Source: Gemmatimonadota bacterium
GTDB lineage: Bacteria > Gemmatimonadota > Gemmatimonadetes > Longimicrobiales > Gaopeijiaceae
DNA: 64,000 nucleotides
Direction of reading: 5' to 3'
Assembly: GCA_002718595.1 (NCBI GenBank)
Contig: PBFD01000002.1
Span: 244,770-308,769 of the forward strand
A program made the position numbers and the translations under genes. This document shows positions 50,927 to 61,500 of the stretch, one piece after another. Each line of letters starts with the position of its first letter. Position 1 is the first letter of the stretch. The notes beneath the pieces are model-generated. The model was given only the letters and a program-made list of their open reading frames with translations, did not search any database and was not told the origin of the DNA.

Positions 50927-52277
50927 CTTGAACTATAGATTCCAGGAACACGTGGAAGAAAAGAAGTTATTTTCCAGGGACGATGGACTGCTCGTAGGTG
51001 TTTCTGGGGGTCTGGATTCTCTGGTTTTATTGCATCTACTCCACTTCGACCCCGTCTTTGCTGGTTTGAATATTGTTATTGGGCATTTCGATCATGGGAT
51101 GCGAAGCCAAAGTCATCTTGATGCTTTGTGGGTTAAAGGCCTGGCCCAAGCTTGGGGAATTCGTTGTGAGATCGGACGAGCCGACTACATGCTATCTAGT
51201 GAAAATGACGCGAGAATAGCCAGGTATGAGTTTCTGGAGGATACAAGGGATTCTTTAAATTTGGATTGGGTTCTTACTGCCCACCATGCCGATGATCAAG
51301 CCGAAACAGTTTTATTCAGGATTCTACGCGGGACGGGTGTGTGGGGTTTGAATGGTATTTTGGAATCTAGGTCACCAGCGATACTGCGTCCTTTACTTCC
51401 TTTCTCTAGGGATGAACTAGAGGAATATGCAAAGAGGATGGGAATTCAGGCTCTCCAAGATCCCACCAATTTCGATTCTGGATTTGCTAGAAATGCGTTG
51501 CGCAACGAAATTCTGCCTCAAATTGAGGAGAATGTAGCCCCAGCTGCTCGACATTCTTTAATAAGACTCAGCCAGATTGCTACTGAGCATCGGAATGCTT
51601 GGAGTTCAGTGCTTCAAAAAATTTGCGCTGATTTAATATTAAGCAGTGACTCAGACAGGATGATTCTAGACCGAAAGCTTTTCTTGTCTTTTAACGATGA
51701 AGCTTGCGCTATAATACTGCGAGAACTGTGCCAACAATTTGCTGTCAACCTGAGTGAGAGCGCCACAAGATCGGCATTGGTGTTTTCTAGGAAATCACAA
51801 AGTGGAAATCGTATGAATATAGGAGGTTCGATGTCGTTAATCCGCTCCTTTGACAAATTGTTGTTAGTGAAAACCGAATCGAAACTGATGGGAGAATCAT
51901 TCGCAATAGAAGTTCCAGGCGTTGGCATTGCTGACCTAACTTTAGGAAGAAAAAGATGGACAACCTCTTGGTCAACAGAGGTTGTCTTGGAAGATGCTTG
52001 GTGTGAGGTTTTCTGTTTAAAACAACTTGCATTTCCACTGTGCGTTAGAAATTGGAATCCAGGTGATAAAATTACATATTCTTACGGATCAAAAAAGTTA
52101 AAAAAAATCTTTTCTGAGAAGAAAATATCGGTTGAACGCCGATTCGAAACACCGGTAGTAGTTGATGCTGTGGGAAGGACCTTGTGGATTCCTGGTGTTT
52201 CCAGAACTTCTTTGTTTATTGCGGGTAAAGAAACCGGGATGTTTTCCATGTCAGTCTCGAGTTCGGTGAAGTCTTAG
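50916..52277 (+). CDS. tilS: tRNA(Ile)-lysidine synthase
   Basis: PP-loop SGGLDS (VGVSGGLDSLVLLHLL), HHADDQAETVLFRILRG and a C-terminal substrate-binding domain. I prefer the ATG at 50916 (11-nt overlap with the GDPD end) over the ORF-track start at 50844. Confidence 0.85.
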   Translation: MLCDLNYRFQEHVEEKKLFSRDDGLLVGVSGGLDSLVLLHLLHFDPVFAGLNIVIGHFDHGMRSQSHLDALWVKGLAQAWGIRCEIGRADYMLSSENDARIARYEFLEDTRDSLNLDWVLTAHHADDQAETVLFRILRGTGVWGLNGILESRSPAILRPLLPFSRDELEEYAKRMGIQALQDPTNFDSGFARNALRNEILPQIEENVAPAARHSLIRLSQIATEHRNAWSSVLQKICADLILSSDSDRMILDRKLFLSFNDEACAIILRELCQQFAVNLSESATRSALVFSRKSQSGNRMNIGGSMSLIRSFDKLLLVKTESKLMGESFAIEVPGVGIADLTLGRKRWTTSWSTEVVLEDAWCEVFCLKQLAFPLCVRNWNPGDKITYSYGSKKLKKIFSEKKISVERRFETPVVVDAVGRTLWIPGVSRTSLFIAGKETGMFSMSVSSSVKS

Positions 52278-52402
52278 TTAACATTTGATGAGTCGGCTAG
52301 TTGTTCGGCCTTTCAGGTTTGGACAAGCAACTTCCTTATTGCCCTCGATATAGCGAGTTTGAGATGGTAATGACAACAATCTAAATGGTTTCTTAAACAA
52401 AT

Positions 52403-54430
52403 ATGACGGAAAAAAATCAACCACCGAAATCTAATGAAAGTTCGCCAATGACCAAGTTTTCCAAAACTGGTGCTGTATGGGTTCTTTTGTTCATAATGAT
52501 CGTGATGTCCAGCCAACTATTCAGTAATCAGCAAAGTGGGATTGCAGAATTCACTTATACTGAATTCAGAAGTCAGCTGTCTAGAGACAATATCTTAGAA
52601 GTGACAGTTGTTGAAAGCCAGAAAATAGAGGGTGAATTGAGGGTTCCTTACGTCTCTGACGGGGAGAATTTCCAAAGGTTCACCACGATGCTTCCCGGAG
52701 AGATGAACGCTCAGCTATTGGCTGAATTGGAGCAACAGGGCGTCGAAATTTCAGGAAGACTGGAAACACAGGGATGGGGATCAATCCTTCTAGGGATGTT
52801 ACCCTGGTTACTATTCTTGGCTTTCTGGCTTTGGATATTTCGGACCATGCAGGCTGGGGGGAATAAAGCCTTCCAGTTTGGACGTTCAAAAGCCAAGCTT
52901 ATTACACCAGATACTCCTAAGGTAACCTTTGCTGATGTCGCTGGGGCGGAAGAAGCGAAAACGGAACTTCAGGAGATAATTGAATTTCTAAAGGATCCAG
53001 AGAGGTTCGCGAGACTAGGTGGCAGACTTCCTAAAGGGGTGCTACTAGTCGGGCCTCCTGGAACAGGTAAAACGCTGCTGGCTCGTGCGGGTGCTGGAGA
53101 GGCAGAAAGGCCTTTCTTCCAGATGTCTGGTTCTGATTTCGTAGAGATGTTTGTTGGTGTAGGTGCTTCTCGAGTAAGGGACCTATTCGAGCAGGGCCAG
53201 GAAAACGCTCCATGTATAATGTTCATAGATGAAATCGATGCTGTAGGGCGTCATAGAGGGGCTGGATTAGGTGGTGGGCACGATGAACGGGAACAGACCC
53301 TTAATGCTTTATTAGTGCAAATGGATGGTTTTGAAACGAATACGGGTGTGATACTTCTTGCCGCTACAAATCGTCCGGACGTCTTAGATCCAGCACTTTT
53401 AAGGCCTGGCCGTTTTGACCGCCAGGTCGTGGTCGATGCTCCTGATCTGAAAGGCAGGGAAGGTATTCTTATGGTGCATGCGAAGAAACTTCCACTAGCT
53501 ACTGATGTGGACTTAAAAACAGTGGCGAAAGGGACACCAGGATTAAGTGGTGCTGATTTGGAAAATATATGCAATGAAGCGGCGCTTTTGGCCGCCAGAG
53601 AAGATAGTGATAAGGTAGCGATGAAGCATTTTGAAGATGCCAAAGATAAGGTGATGTTGGGCACAGAGAGAAGAAGTATGGTGCTAACAGAATCAGAGAG
53701 GGAATTGACTGCCTATCATGAAGCAGGTCACGCCGTGGTGGGACTTCGACTTCCAGGCCTAGATCCTGTGCACAAAGTCACAATAGTTCCAAGAGGTCGT
53801 GCCCTGGGAATCACTGCTAGTTTGCCCAAGGAGGATCGTCACACCTATACGAAGGAATGGCTAGAGGGACAGCTGTGTATGCTTTTTGGAGGTCGAGTAG
53901 CGGAAGAGATGATTTTCGGACCCGAAAAAATTACTACTGGAGCAGGGAATGATATCGAAAGGGCAACGGCTATGGCACGTCAGATGGTTACCCGCTTTGG
54001 TATGTCTGAAGTCGTTGGATTGATGACTATTGGGCAGAACGATCAGGAAGTTTTTCTTGGCAGAGAGCTAGTACAACGAAGAGAAGTTTCGGAGCATAAG
54101 GCTCAAGAGGTAGACAATGAAATAAAAAGAATTTTAGACGAAAGTCTAGAAAATACGCGTAAAATTCTGGCGACACATAGGGATCTGCTTGAAACTTTAG
54201 CAACGGCTCTCTTGGAGAGAGAAACGCTCAATGCAGATGAGATTAAAATACTGAACGAAGGAAAAACCCTAGCTCCTTTGGAAAATGAAGAAGAAGGTGG
54301 TGAGGAGGTATCATTTAGTGAAAGTGCAGACCAAGACCCTGCGAAGGCAGATCTGTTAGACCCTTTAGACACTGCCAAAGAACCAAGTTCCGTGATCGAG
54401 GATGAATCAGATGAAAAAATCACTGACTAA
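52403..54430 (+). CDS. ftsH: ATP-dependent zinc metalloprotease FtsH
   Basis: Two TM segments, AAA+ Walker [12 protein letters not shown], Walker [10 protein letters not shown], an SRH, the zinc motif HEAGHA, and an acidic C-terminal tail. Confidence 0.95.
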   Translation: MTEKNQPPKSNESSPMTKFSKTGAVWVLLFIMIVMSSQLFSNQQSGIAEFTYTEFRSQLSRDNILEVTVVESQKIEGELRVPYVSDGENFQRFTTMLPGEMNAQLLAELEQQGVEISGRLETQGWGSILLGMLPWLLFLAFWLWIFRTMQAGGNKAFQFGRSKAKLITPDTPKVTFADVAGAEEAKTELQEIIEFLKDPERFARLGGRLPKGVLLVGPPGTGKTLLARAGAGEAERPFFQMSGSDFVEMFVGVGASRVRDLFEQGQENAPCIMFIDEIDAVGRHRGAGLGGGHDEREQTLNALLVQMDGFETNTGVILLAATNRPDVLDPALLRPGRFDRQVVVDAPDLKGREGILMVHAKKLPLATDVDLKTVAKGTPGLSGADLENICNEAALLAAREDSDKVAMKHFEDAKDKVMLGTERRSMVLTESERELTAYHEAGHAVVGLRLPGLDPVHKVTIVPRGRALGITASLPKEDRHTYTKEWLEGQLCMLFGGRVAEEMIFGPEKITTGAGNDIERATAMARQMVTRFGMSEVVGLMTIGQNDQEVFLGRELVQRREVSEHKAQEVDNEIKRILDESLENTRKILATHRDLLETLATALLERETLNADEIKILNEGKTLAPLENEEEGGEEVSFSESADQDPAKADLLDPLDTAKEPSSVIEDESDEKITD

Positions 54431-54451
54431 CATCAGCGACTTTTTAGACTG

Positions 54452-55222
54452 ATGGAGCAATTACGGTTTTTGGTTCCTGGTTGGGGTGAAGTCACAGAAA
54501 TTTTGTTAGTTGCCTTGCTGTTTTTTCGCATTTTAATGGTAATTCAAAGAACAAGAGCGATGCAGATTTTAATGGGCCTCTTGGTGTTGGCGAGTATTTA
54601 TTTATTCTCACAACTCCTGAATCTGCAGCTTTTAGAGTATTTGTTGGAGACTTTATTCCAATACGGTGTAATTGCGGCTTTAGTAGTTTTTCAACCAGAG
54701 CTTAGGACCGCTCTGAGCAGTTTGGGCGAGAATAGGTGGTTTAGGGAGGCAAAAGGCGGTTCAGAAGATTTACTGATCGAGAAAATCGTATCTGCCGCAG
54801 AAACTCTGGCGAGCAAGAAGATAGGTGCAATCATTGCCATTGAAAGGCAGATCTCCCTAGATCCATACGGAGATACTGGCAGTGCGGAAAGGATTACAGT
54901 TTCCTCGGAAATACTAGAGACAATTTTTACTCCTGGCAGTCCGTTACATGATGGGGCTGTAATCATAGTGGGTGATGAGATCAGATCAGCTGGAACAATC
55001 CTTCCATTGGGAAATCTGCAAATGGATTATACTAAACTTGGCACAAGGCATAGAGCAGCTATTGGGCTGAGTCAAGAAACGGATGCGATAGTCATAGTGG
55101 TGAGTGAGGAGACTGGTAACATTTCTTTTGCTGAAGGAGGTCAGTTACAGACCAAGATTCAGCCGTTACGACTTAAAGAGAAATTGGCAAGAGTATTACT
55201 GGATCAGCCCCTGAACACCTGA
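54452..55222 (+). CDS. cdaA: Diadenylate cyclase CdaA (DisA_N/DAC domain, membrane-anchored)
   Basis: Three N-terminal TM helices. DAC motifs PLHDGAVII and GTRHRAAIGLSQETDAIVIVVSEETG. Confidence 0.9.
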   Translation: MEQLRFLVPGWGEVTEILLVALLFFRILMVIQRTRAMQILMGLLVLASIYLFSQLLNLQLLEYLLETLFQYGVIAALVVFQPELRTALSSLGENRWFREAKGGSEDLLIEKIVSAAETLASKKIGAIIAIERQISLDPYGDTGSAERITVSSEILETIFTPGSPLHDGAVIIVGDEIRSAGTILPLGNLQMDYTKLGTRHRAAIGLSQETDAIVIVVSEETGNISFAEGGQLQTKIQPLRLKEKLARVLLDQPLNT

Positions 55223-55376
55223 GGGCTAGCCAGTTTCAACATATACGTTTAAAATGATTTTTCTCGAGACTATAGGAATTTACTGGTAACGGCACTAAAT
55301 TGTCGCCGTTCCTGGAGATTCTGTCTTGAAAGTAAAGACAAGCTAAACTGGAAAAACGTACACAAGGAGTATTGGA

Positions 55377-56063
55377 TTGGATTCTAGTCAATATCATTTG
55401 CTCTCGCTGTTCTCAGATGGTGGCCTGATGATGTACCCGCTGGTCATGTGCTCGCTGATAGCTGTGGGAGTCATCATTGCGAAATTATGGACGCTTTCCG
55501 TAGCCTATAGAAGCACCAAGAAAGTTCTTTCGGAGGTAGAGGAATTTGCCGAACAAGGAAGAATAGAAGAAGCCCTGGAAATCGCGGGGAAACGTCCTGG
55601 TCCAGCCGCAGCGATTTTAGTTGCAGGATTGAGACGCATAAGTCAGGGGGATGCAGGGAAAGAATTAGCTGCTGCCATTCGCACTACAGGAACAATAGAG
55701 TTGGGTTTCCTTGAGCGTGGATTAGTCATTTTAGCAACTATCGCCAATGTCGCTCCGCTGATGGGATTCCTTGGGACAGTTGTGGGTATGATATTGGCTT
55801 TTGCCGCAATTGAAGCTGCAGGGGATGTAGATCCAACTCTGGTGGCTGGTGGTATTAAAGTAGCTCTGCTTACTACTGCGACTGGATTACTGATCGCTAT
55901 TCCAGTTAATATTGGGTACAACTTTTTCGTGACACGAATAGATGAATTAATAATGCAGATGGAGCAGGGAGCTCAAAAGGTTTTGGATATGGCATATACG
56001 CATGGAAGTAGCCAGCCCACTTTTTCTGCACAGGAAGTCAGCAGTAATTTTGGTGCTGAGTGA
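55377..56063 (+). CDS. exbB: MotA/TolQ/ExbB proton-channel protein
   Basis: Three TM helices with the conserved IANVAPLMGFLGTVVGMILAF segment. AAGGAG upstream. TTG start. Confidence 0.85.
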   Translation: MDSSQYHLLSLFSDGGLMMYPLVMCSLIAVGVIIAKLWTLSVAYRSTKKVLSEVEEFAEQGRIEEALEIAGKRPGPAAAILVAGLRRISQGDAGKELAAAIRTTGTIELGFLERGLVILATIANVAPLMGFLGTVVGMILAFAAIEAAGDVDPTLVAGGIKVALLTTATGLLIAIPVNIGYNFFVTRIDELIMQMEQGAQKVLDMAYTHGSSQPTFSAQEVSSNFGAE

Positions 56064-56134
56064 GGTATTAGGTCTTTGAGATTGTAATTTTATGGCGTTC
56101 TGAATAGCAACACATTAAAGAAAAGGATCTTAGA

Positions 56135-56557
56135 ATGGCAGTGATGGATAAGAAAAAATCTAAAGTAAGTGATGAAGTGCCGTCATCCTCGATGGCGGAT
56201 ATTGCTTTTCTTCTCCTAATTTTCTTTTTGGTTACAACTACCTTTCCCAAAGACGCTGGACTGGCCATAGTTCTCCCAGAACAGGGCGAGGATGTAGCTG
56301 TTAGCCAGAGAAACATTCTCCATATAGTTATTCAACCTAATGGAATTGTGGACGTCAAAAGGGGCGAAAGTCCTCAGGTGCAGCAGGTACGACCTGAAGA
56401 CGTAGAATCGATTTGGCGCCAAGATGTGGCTGCTAATGAAAATCTAATTGCCGCGGTCAAAACTCACCCAGACGCACCTTACAGATTCATGGTGGATGTG
56501 CTTGATGCACTTCACACTGCTGGTGCCGAAAGAATATCACTTCAGATCTTAGAATAG
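56135..56557 (+). CDS. exbD: Biopolymer transport protein ExbD/TolR (paralog 1)
   Basis: N-terminal SSMADIAFLLLIFFLVTTTF TM signature and a periplasmic domain of about 90 aa. Confidence 0.85.
   Translation: MAVMDKKKSKVSDEVPSSSMADIAFLLLIFFLVTTTFPKDAGLAIVLPEQGEDVAVSQRNILHIVIQPNGIVDVKRGESPQVQQVRPEDVESIWRQDVAANENLIAAVKTHPDAPYRFMVDVLDALHTAGAERISLQILE
56177..56226 (+). repeat. 50-nt segment identical to 56621..56670
   Basis: Compared base by base: GTGCCGTCATCCTCGATGGCGGATATTGCTTTTCTTCTCCTAATTTTCTT appears in both exbD paralogs. Confidence 0.95.
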
Positions 56558-56569
56558 AGGTTTAGAGAT

Positions 56570-57019
56570 ATGCCAATTAAGAGCGGAGGTTTTTCAAGAA
56601 AGTCAAAAACTTCTTCCGAGGTGCCGTCATCCTCGATGGCGGATATTGCTTTTCTTCTCCTAATTTTCTTCATGGTGTCGACTGTGTTCCAGAAAGATAG
56701 AGACAGGCCGATCGAATGGCCGGAAGCTGAAGCAACTCAGAAGATCGATGAAAAAATTAAAAATATCCTAAATATTTGGGTGGAAAGGAACGGTGATATA
56801 TTCATCAACGATCGCCCCTATGCTATGCCCGATGTCGCGCCCACAGTGGGTCCCTTATACGCGGCTTCCGATAGGGCTCTAGTGATTTCAGTGCGGTCAG
56901 ATAGGGAAGTGAGATACTCCACCATTGATTTGTTGCAGCAACAATTAGTAGCGGCTGGTGTGATGAGGGTAGTTTTCGCTACTGAGCTTGAACAACGAAT
57001 GACGAGGGAAAGACGATGA
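56570..57019 (+). CDS. exbD: Biopolymer transport protein ExbD/TolR (paralog 2)
   Basis: Same N-terminal TM signature (SSMADIAFLLLIFFMVSTVF). The periplasmic domain has diverged. Confidence 0.85.
   Translation: MPIKSGGFSRKSKTSSEVPSSSMADIAFLLLIFFMVSTVFQKDRDRPIEWPEAEATQKIDEKIKNILNIWVERNGDIFINDRPYAMPDVAPTVGPLYAASDRALVISVRSDREVRYSTIDLLQQQLVAAGVMRVVFATELEQRMTRERR
56621..56670 (+). repeat. 50-nt segment identical to 56177..56226
   Basis: See the partner repeat. The flanks on both sides diverge immediately. Confidence 0.95.
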
Positions 57020-57708
57020 GTACTGAGGATACCAGTCAAATGAATGAGGGAATGGAAGCTTCTTCAGAAACGGCTAACGATCTTTTTAAGCGGAGTTTTG
57101 ACTCCTGGTTTTGGGGATCCATGATAGTTGCAACATTTGTGCATGCGGCACTCTTTCAGTTCTGGCCAACCCTTACAGCCGAAGATGTCTCATTTACAGC
57201 GGAAGAACTAGAAGCGATAGAGCTTCCTCCAGAGATCGAAATTCCACCGCCACCAGAAGCTATCTCTAGACCTGCTACCCCTGTGATAGCAACGGCTACA
57301 GTGGATGAAGATATAACTATTGCCCCTACCACTTTTGAGGATAATCCAGTAGAAGATTTGCCACCACCTCCAACAGAAACGACAGTGGATATAGCGGCAG
57401 CACCCACCTTTACTCCAATGACGGTCCGGCCAGAAATAAGGAACAGATCTGCTGTCATCCAGGCGATGGAGAGAGGTTATCCTCCTATTCTTCGGGATGC
57501 AGGTATTGGAGGTCAGGTTCTGGTTTGGTTCTTCATTAATGAACAGGGTCGGGTAGTTGACAATAGGATTGCTAACAGTTCTGGTAATGCACAGCTGGAT
57601 GAGGCCGCACTGCGCGTTGCTTCGGTCTATGAATTCACCCCTGCTTTAAACCGTGATCAGGTTGTTCCTGTGTGGGTGCAGATACCGATTACATTCCAGG
57701 TCAGGTAG
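57016..57708 (+). CDS. tonB: Energy transducer TonB-family protein
   Basis: N-terminal TM, a Pro-rich spacer (ELPPEIEIPPPPE...LPPPPTE) and a TonB C-terminal domain (YPPILRDAGIGGQVLVWFFINEQGRV...FTPA). ATGA overlap with exbD2. Confidence 0.8.
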   Translation: MSTEDTSQMNEGMEASSETANDLFKRSFDSWFWGSMIVATFVHAALFQFWPTLTAEDVSFTAEELEAIELPPEIEIPPPPEAISRPATPVIATATVDEDITIAPTTFEDNPVEDLPPPPTETTVDIAAAPTFTPMTVRPEIRNRSAVIQAMERGYPPILRDAGIGGQVLVWFFINEQGRVVDNRIANSSGNAQLDEAALRVASVYEFTPALNRDQVVPVWVQIPITFQVR

Positions 57709-57737
57709 CGAGCTGTACGACTATTCTCTGTTGAGAT

Positions 57738-57775
57738 AAAACCTCGCCGGCTCATGTGGTCGGCGAGGTTTTTTT
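57738..57775 (+). terminator. Rho-independent terminator after tonB
   Basis: AAAACCTCGCCG / CGGCGAGGTTTT perfect stem with an 11-nt loop, followed by a T7 run. It lies 30 nt after the tonB stop. Confidence 0.85.
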
Positions 57776-57803
57776 GGTCTTATCTATAAAGTGATCTAAG
57801 AAC

Positions 57804-58511
57804 ATGAGTCAAGCCACATATAAATCACGAGTGGAAAAAGCACTGGCCAGTATTATCAAAAAGATTGAGAAAGCTGCTGTCAGGGGTGGTCGCAATCTGC
57901 GCGATGTAACAATCGTGGCCGTGACAAAATCTCATCCTGTCACAGCAATCATAGAGGCTATAGACTGTGGGGTATTCGACGTGGGAGAAAATAGAGTGGC
58001 TGAACTTAAGATGAAACAGAAGGAAGTGACTGACGACAGAGTAAGATGGCATATGATAGGCCATCTCCAAGGGCGTAAAGTTGCGGGTGTTTTGGGCGCG
58101 ACTCATTTGATCCATTCGGTAGATTCTTTAAAACTTGCCAAAAAACTCTCTTCTAAAGCGGTCGAATCAGGGGAAAAAGAGCAGGTACTTTTACAAGTCA
58201 ATGCCTCCAGAGAGTCTACAAAAGGCGGGTTTATCTTTCCAGAGATGGAAGCGGATTTGTACGGTGCTCTGGGTTTGCCAGGGTTAAAAATAAGAGGGCT
58301 CATGACAATGGCACCTTTTACGGATGACACTAAAATATTGAGAAATACATTCAGGACAGTGAGGGAACTGCAGCAGGAATTGAATAAATCACACAGATTA
58401 ACAGGTGAAGAACTGTCGATGGGTATGTCTAACGATTTTGAAATAGCCATCGAAGAGGGAAGTACAATGGTCAGATTGGGAACAGCACTTTTTGGAAGAC
58501 CAATCCAGTAA
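57804..58511 (+). CDS. yggS: PLP-homeostasis protein YggS (alanine-racemase-fold)
   Basis: VAVTKSHP (PLP lysine), GENRVAEL, WHMIGHLQGRK and LSMGMSNDFEIAIEEGSTMVRLGTALFG. Confidence 0.9.
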   Translation: MSQATYKSRVEKALASIIKKIEKAAVRGGRNLRDVTIVAVTKSHPVTAIIEAIDCGVFDVGENRVAELKMKQKEVTDDRVRWHMIGHLQGRKVAGVLGATHLIHSVDSLKLAKKLSSKAVESGEKEQVLLQVNASRESTKGGFIFPEMEADLYGALGLPGLKIRGLMTMAPFTDDTKILRNTFRTVRELQQELNKSHRLTGEELSMGMSNDFEIAIEEGSTMVRLGTALFGRPIQ

Positions 58512-58558
58512 TAACCGTGGTCTTTTATTATCAATTTACTAATCAAGGGTAGGATTTG

Positions 58559-61500
58559 ATGCGATATCCAGGAGTTCCAGAAACAATTGTGGGACTGGAG
58601 GAAGAGACGCTTTCTCATTGGACTAAAGAAGACCTCTTTCGAAAAACTCTACAATCGAATACGGACAGTGATAATTTTGTATTTTATGAAGGTCCTCCTA
58701 CAGCTAATGGACGTCCTGGTTTACACCACATAATAAGCAGGACTATTAAAGATTTGGTCTGTCGTTTCAGAACTATGGAAGGATTCCGTATTACAAGAAT
58801 AGCTGGCTGGGATACTCATGGCCTTCCAGTAGAGATAGAGGCTGAAAAAAAGCTTTCAATCTCAGGAAAGCCTGAAATAGAGAATTTCGGAATTGAGAAG
58901 TTCAATAAAGTGTGTCGGGATTCAGTTTTCACTTATAAAGATGAATGGGAGAAGCTCTCTGAACGAATCGGTTACTGGTTGGACTACGATGAACCATATG
59001 TGACTTTTCACAATGATTATGTAGAGAGCGTTTGGTGGATTTTGAGTCAGCTGGCTGAAAAGAATTTCTTATATAAAGGTCATAAGAGCGTTCCTTACTG
59101 TCCACGCTGTGGAACTGGCCTGAGTTCGCATGAAGTAGCTCAAGGTTATCGTGATGTTGAAGACCCTTCTCTCTATTTCTTATGCCCTTGGGTTACTGAA
59201 AGGGGTGATCTAGATCCGGAAGGTAGAAATTTCCTAGTGTGGACTACAACGCCATGGACTATTCCATCTAATGCAGGATTAGCTGTGCATCCAGATCTGG
59301 AATACGTACAGGTCCAAAAAGATGGTAAAACATTGGTCATTGCGGAGAAAAGGCTGGGGGAGGTTTTAGGTGAGAACTGCGAAATCGAAAGACGGTATAA
59401 AGGGTCCGATCTTTCCCAAGTGAAATATGCCAGGCCTTTGGAGATCCTAGATATAGGAGAAGACTACAGTAAGGGTTGGTTTGTAATAAACGAAGAGTTT
59501 GTCAGTTCGGAAGATGGAACGGGAATAGTTCATTTGGCTCCTGCTTTTGGTGCCGATGACTATGCGATTGGTCAAAGATATGGTCTGCCACTTTTGAAGC
59601 CAGTCGATGAAACTGGTTGTTTCACCGATGATCTAGAGCTGATAGGAGGACTATTTGTTAAGGAGGCTGACAACATTCTCATTGAAGCCCTCAGTCAAAA
59701 TGGAAAACTTTTTCGCCATTCAAAAGAAGTTCATTCATATCCCCACTGTTGGCGTTGTGAGTCACCTTTGATTTATATGGCTAGGGAATCATGGTTTGCT
59801 AAGACCTCTGACTTGCGGAACGAGATGTTGCTGGGCAACGATGGGGTTAATTGGGTTCCTTCTGAAATTGGTCGGGGTCGTATGGGGGAATGGCTAAAGG
59901 GAAATGTAGACTGGGCTCTTTCAAGAGAACGTTACTGGGGCACCCCTCTGCCATTATGGGTATGCGATAAAGAATCTGAACACCACCATTGGATCGGGAG
60001 TTTTGAAGAGTTGGAAACGCGAGTTGGAAAATTGGGTCCAAATTTTGATCCACACCGTCCCTATATTGATGAATTGACCTGGAAATGTGACTGCTGTGAG
60101 GGAACTATGACGCGGTCACCAGAGGTTATAGATGCTTGGTTTGATTCAGGGGCAATGCCCTATGCGCAATGGAATTATCCTTTCAAAAACCAAGAAACAT
60201 TTCGAGATCATTTTCCAGCGGATTTCATATGCGAGGGTTTGGATCAGACCCGTGGGTGGTTCTACTCTTTGATGGCTATTGCGACTATGCTGGGTGAAGA
60301 GGTCCCATTCAAGAACGTCATAGTTAATGGTCTTATTTTAGATGCTGAAGGTCAAAAGATGTCCAAGTCTCGAGGCAACGCTGTTGATCCTTGGGAAGCA
60401 ATTTCATCACACGGTGTCGATGCTATCCGTTGGTACTTGATCACCACAAGTAATCCTTGGGTACCCAAGAGATATGATGATGCAGCTGTTCAGGAAGGCT
60501 CGCGTAGATTCTTGGATACCCTGCTAAATACGTACAAATTTTTTGCATTGTATGCTAACGCTGAGAATTGGGATCCATCTGGGGGGTCACAACACCAATC
60601 AAGTGACAAGAATCTTCTAGATACTTGGGTGACATCAAGGCTTAATTCAGTAATCGAAGAAGTTAGAGATGAATTGAACAGTTATCAACTTACTAAAGCT
60701 TATCGTAGGTTGGGCGAGTTTGTAAGTGAGGATTTGTCTAATTGGTATGTGAGAAGATCTAGGCCTCGATTCTGGGGAAGCTTAGATGAATCAGATACTG
60801 AACAGGCATTCCAAACATTGTGGGATTGTCTCAGGAAGGTATGCCTGCTTGCAGCTCCAGTGACCCCCTTTCTGTCAGATTGGATCTTCAGGGGTCTCAC
60901 GGAAAGAAGTGTGCATCTCGAAGAGTTTCCTAAGCCTGCAGAAGAAGACTATGACGAGAGCTTGGAAAGTGAGATGGAGGTCGCCAGGGTATTGGTTTCC
61001 ATGGGGAGATCGTTGAGGGAAGAAGTTCGGATTAAAGTGAGACAACCTTTGAATAAAATAATAGCTGTTGTTCCTTCCGATACTATACCCAGGCAGGAGC
61101 TTCTAAGGCTTGTGGAAGATGAATTGAACGTCAAGAGGATAGATTTTCCCGATTCTAAAGAAGATTTGTTTTACTTTAGTGCTAAACCCAACTATAAAAT
61201 TCTGGGACCGAAGTTCGGAGGAAATACAGAAAAAGTTGCCAATACTATTAGAGAATTACCTTCTGATGACATCTCAAGTTATCAAGCAGGAGGCCCACTT
61301 TTTGTAGAAGTCGATGGGGAACAGGTGGAGCTAGAATTGGAAGATTTTGATGTAAGAGAGGAGGCCTACGGAGACTTAGTGCTCAGATCCGAATCAGACT
61401 ATTTGGTAGCTATAGATCCTACAATTGATGAAAAATTAAAGGCCGAAGGTTGGGCGAGGGAGTTGATTAATAGGATTCAGCGGTTCCGTAAAGATTCAGG

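Noticed and set aside
55280-55310. GGCAC-taaa-TTGTC upstream of exbB, looked at as a possible sigma-54 -24/-12 promoter because an NtrC-type regulator is in the window.
   Set aside because: The spacing between GG and the downstream element is off by one and the -12 TTGC is not matched. A TGGCAT...TGCT near 4535 also has the wrong spacing and lies in coding sequence.
58103-58618. Long antisense ORFs opposite well-supported genes. Examples: 58103..58618 opposite yggS, 48458..48985 opposite eno, 23957..24481 opposite MIPS, 8928..9431 opposite accC, 39967..40461 opposite rex, 30871..31335 opposite dnaJ, 62667..63098 opposite the NtrC-like gene.
   Set aside because: Each lies entirely within a sense gene carrying clear catalytic motifs. 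Their translations are low-complexity (S/P/T/R-rich) with no recognisable motif, no SD and no independent intergenic start context. They are typical shadow ORFs.
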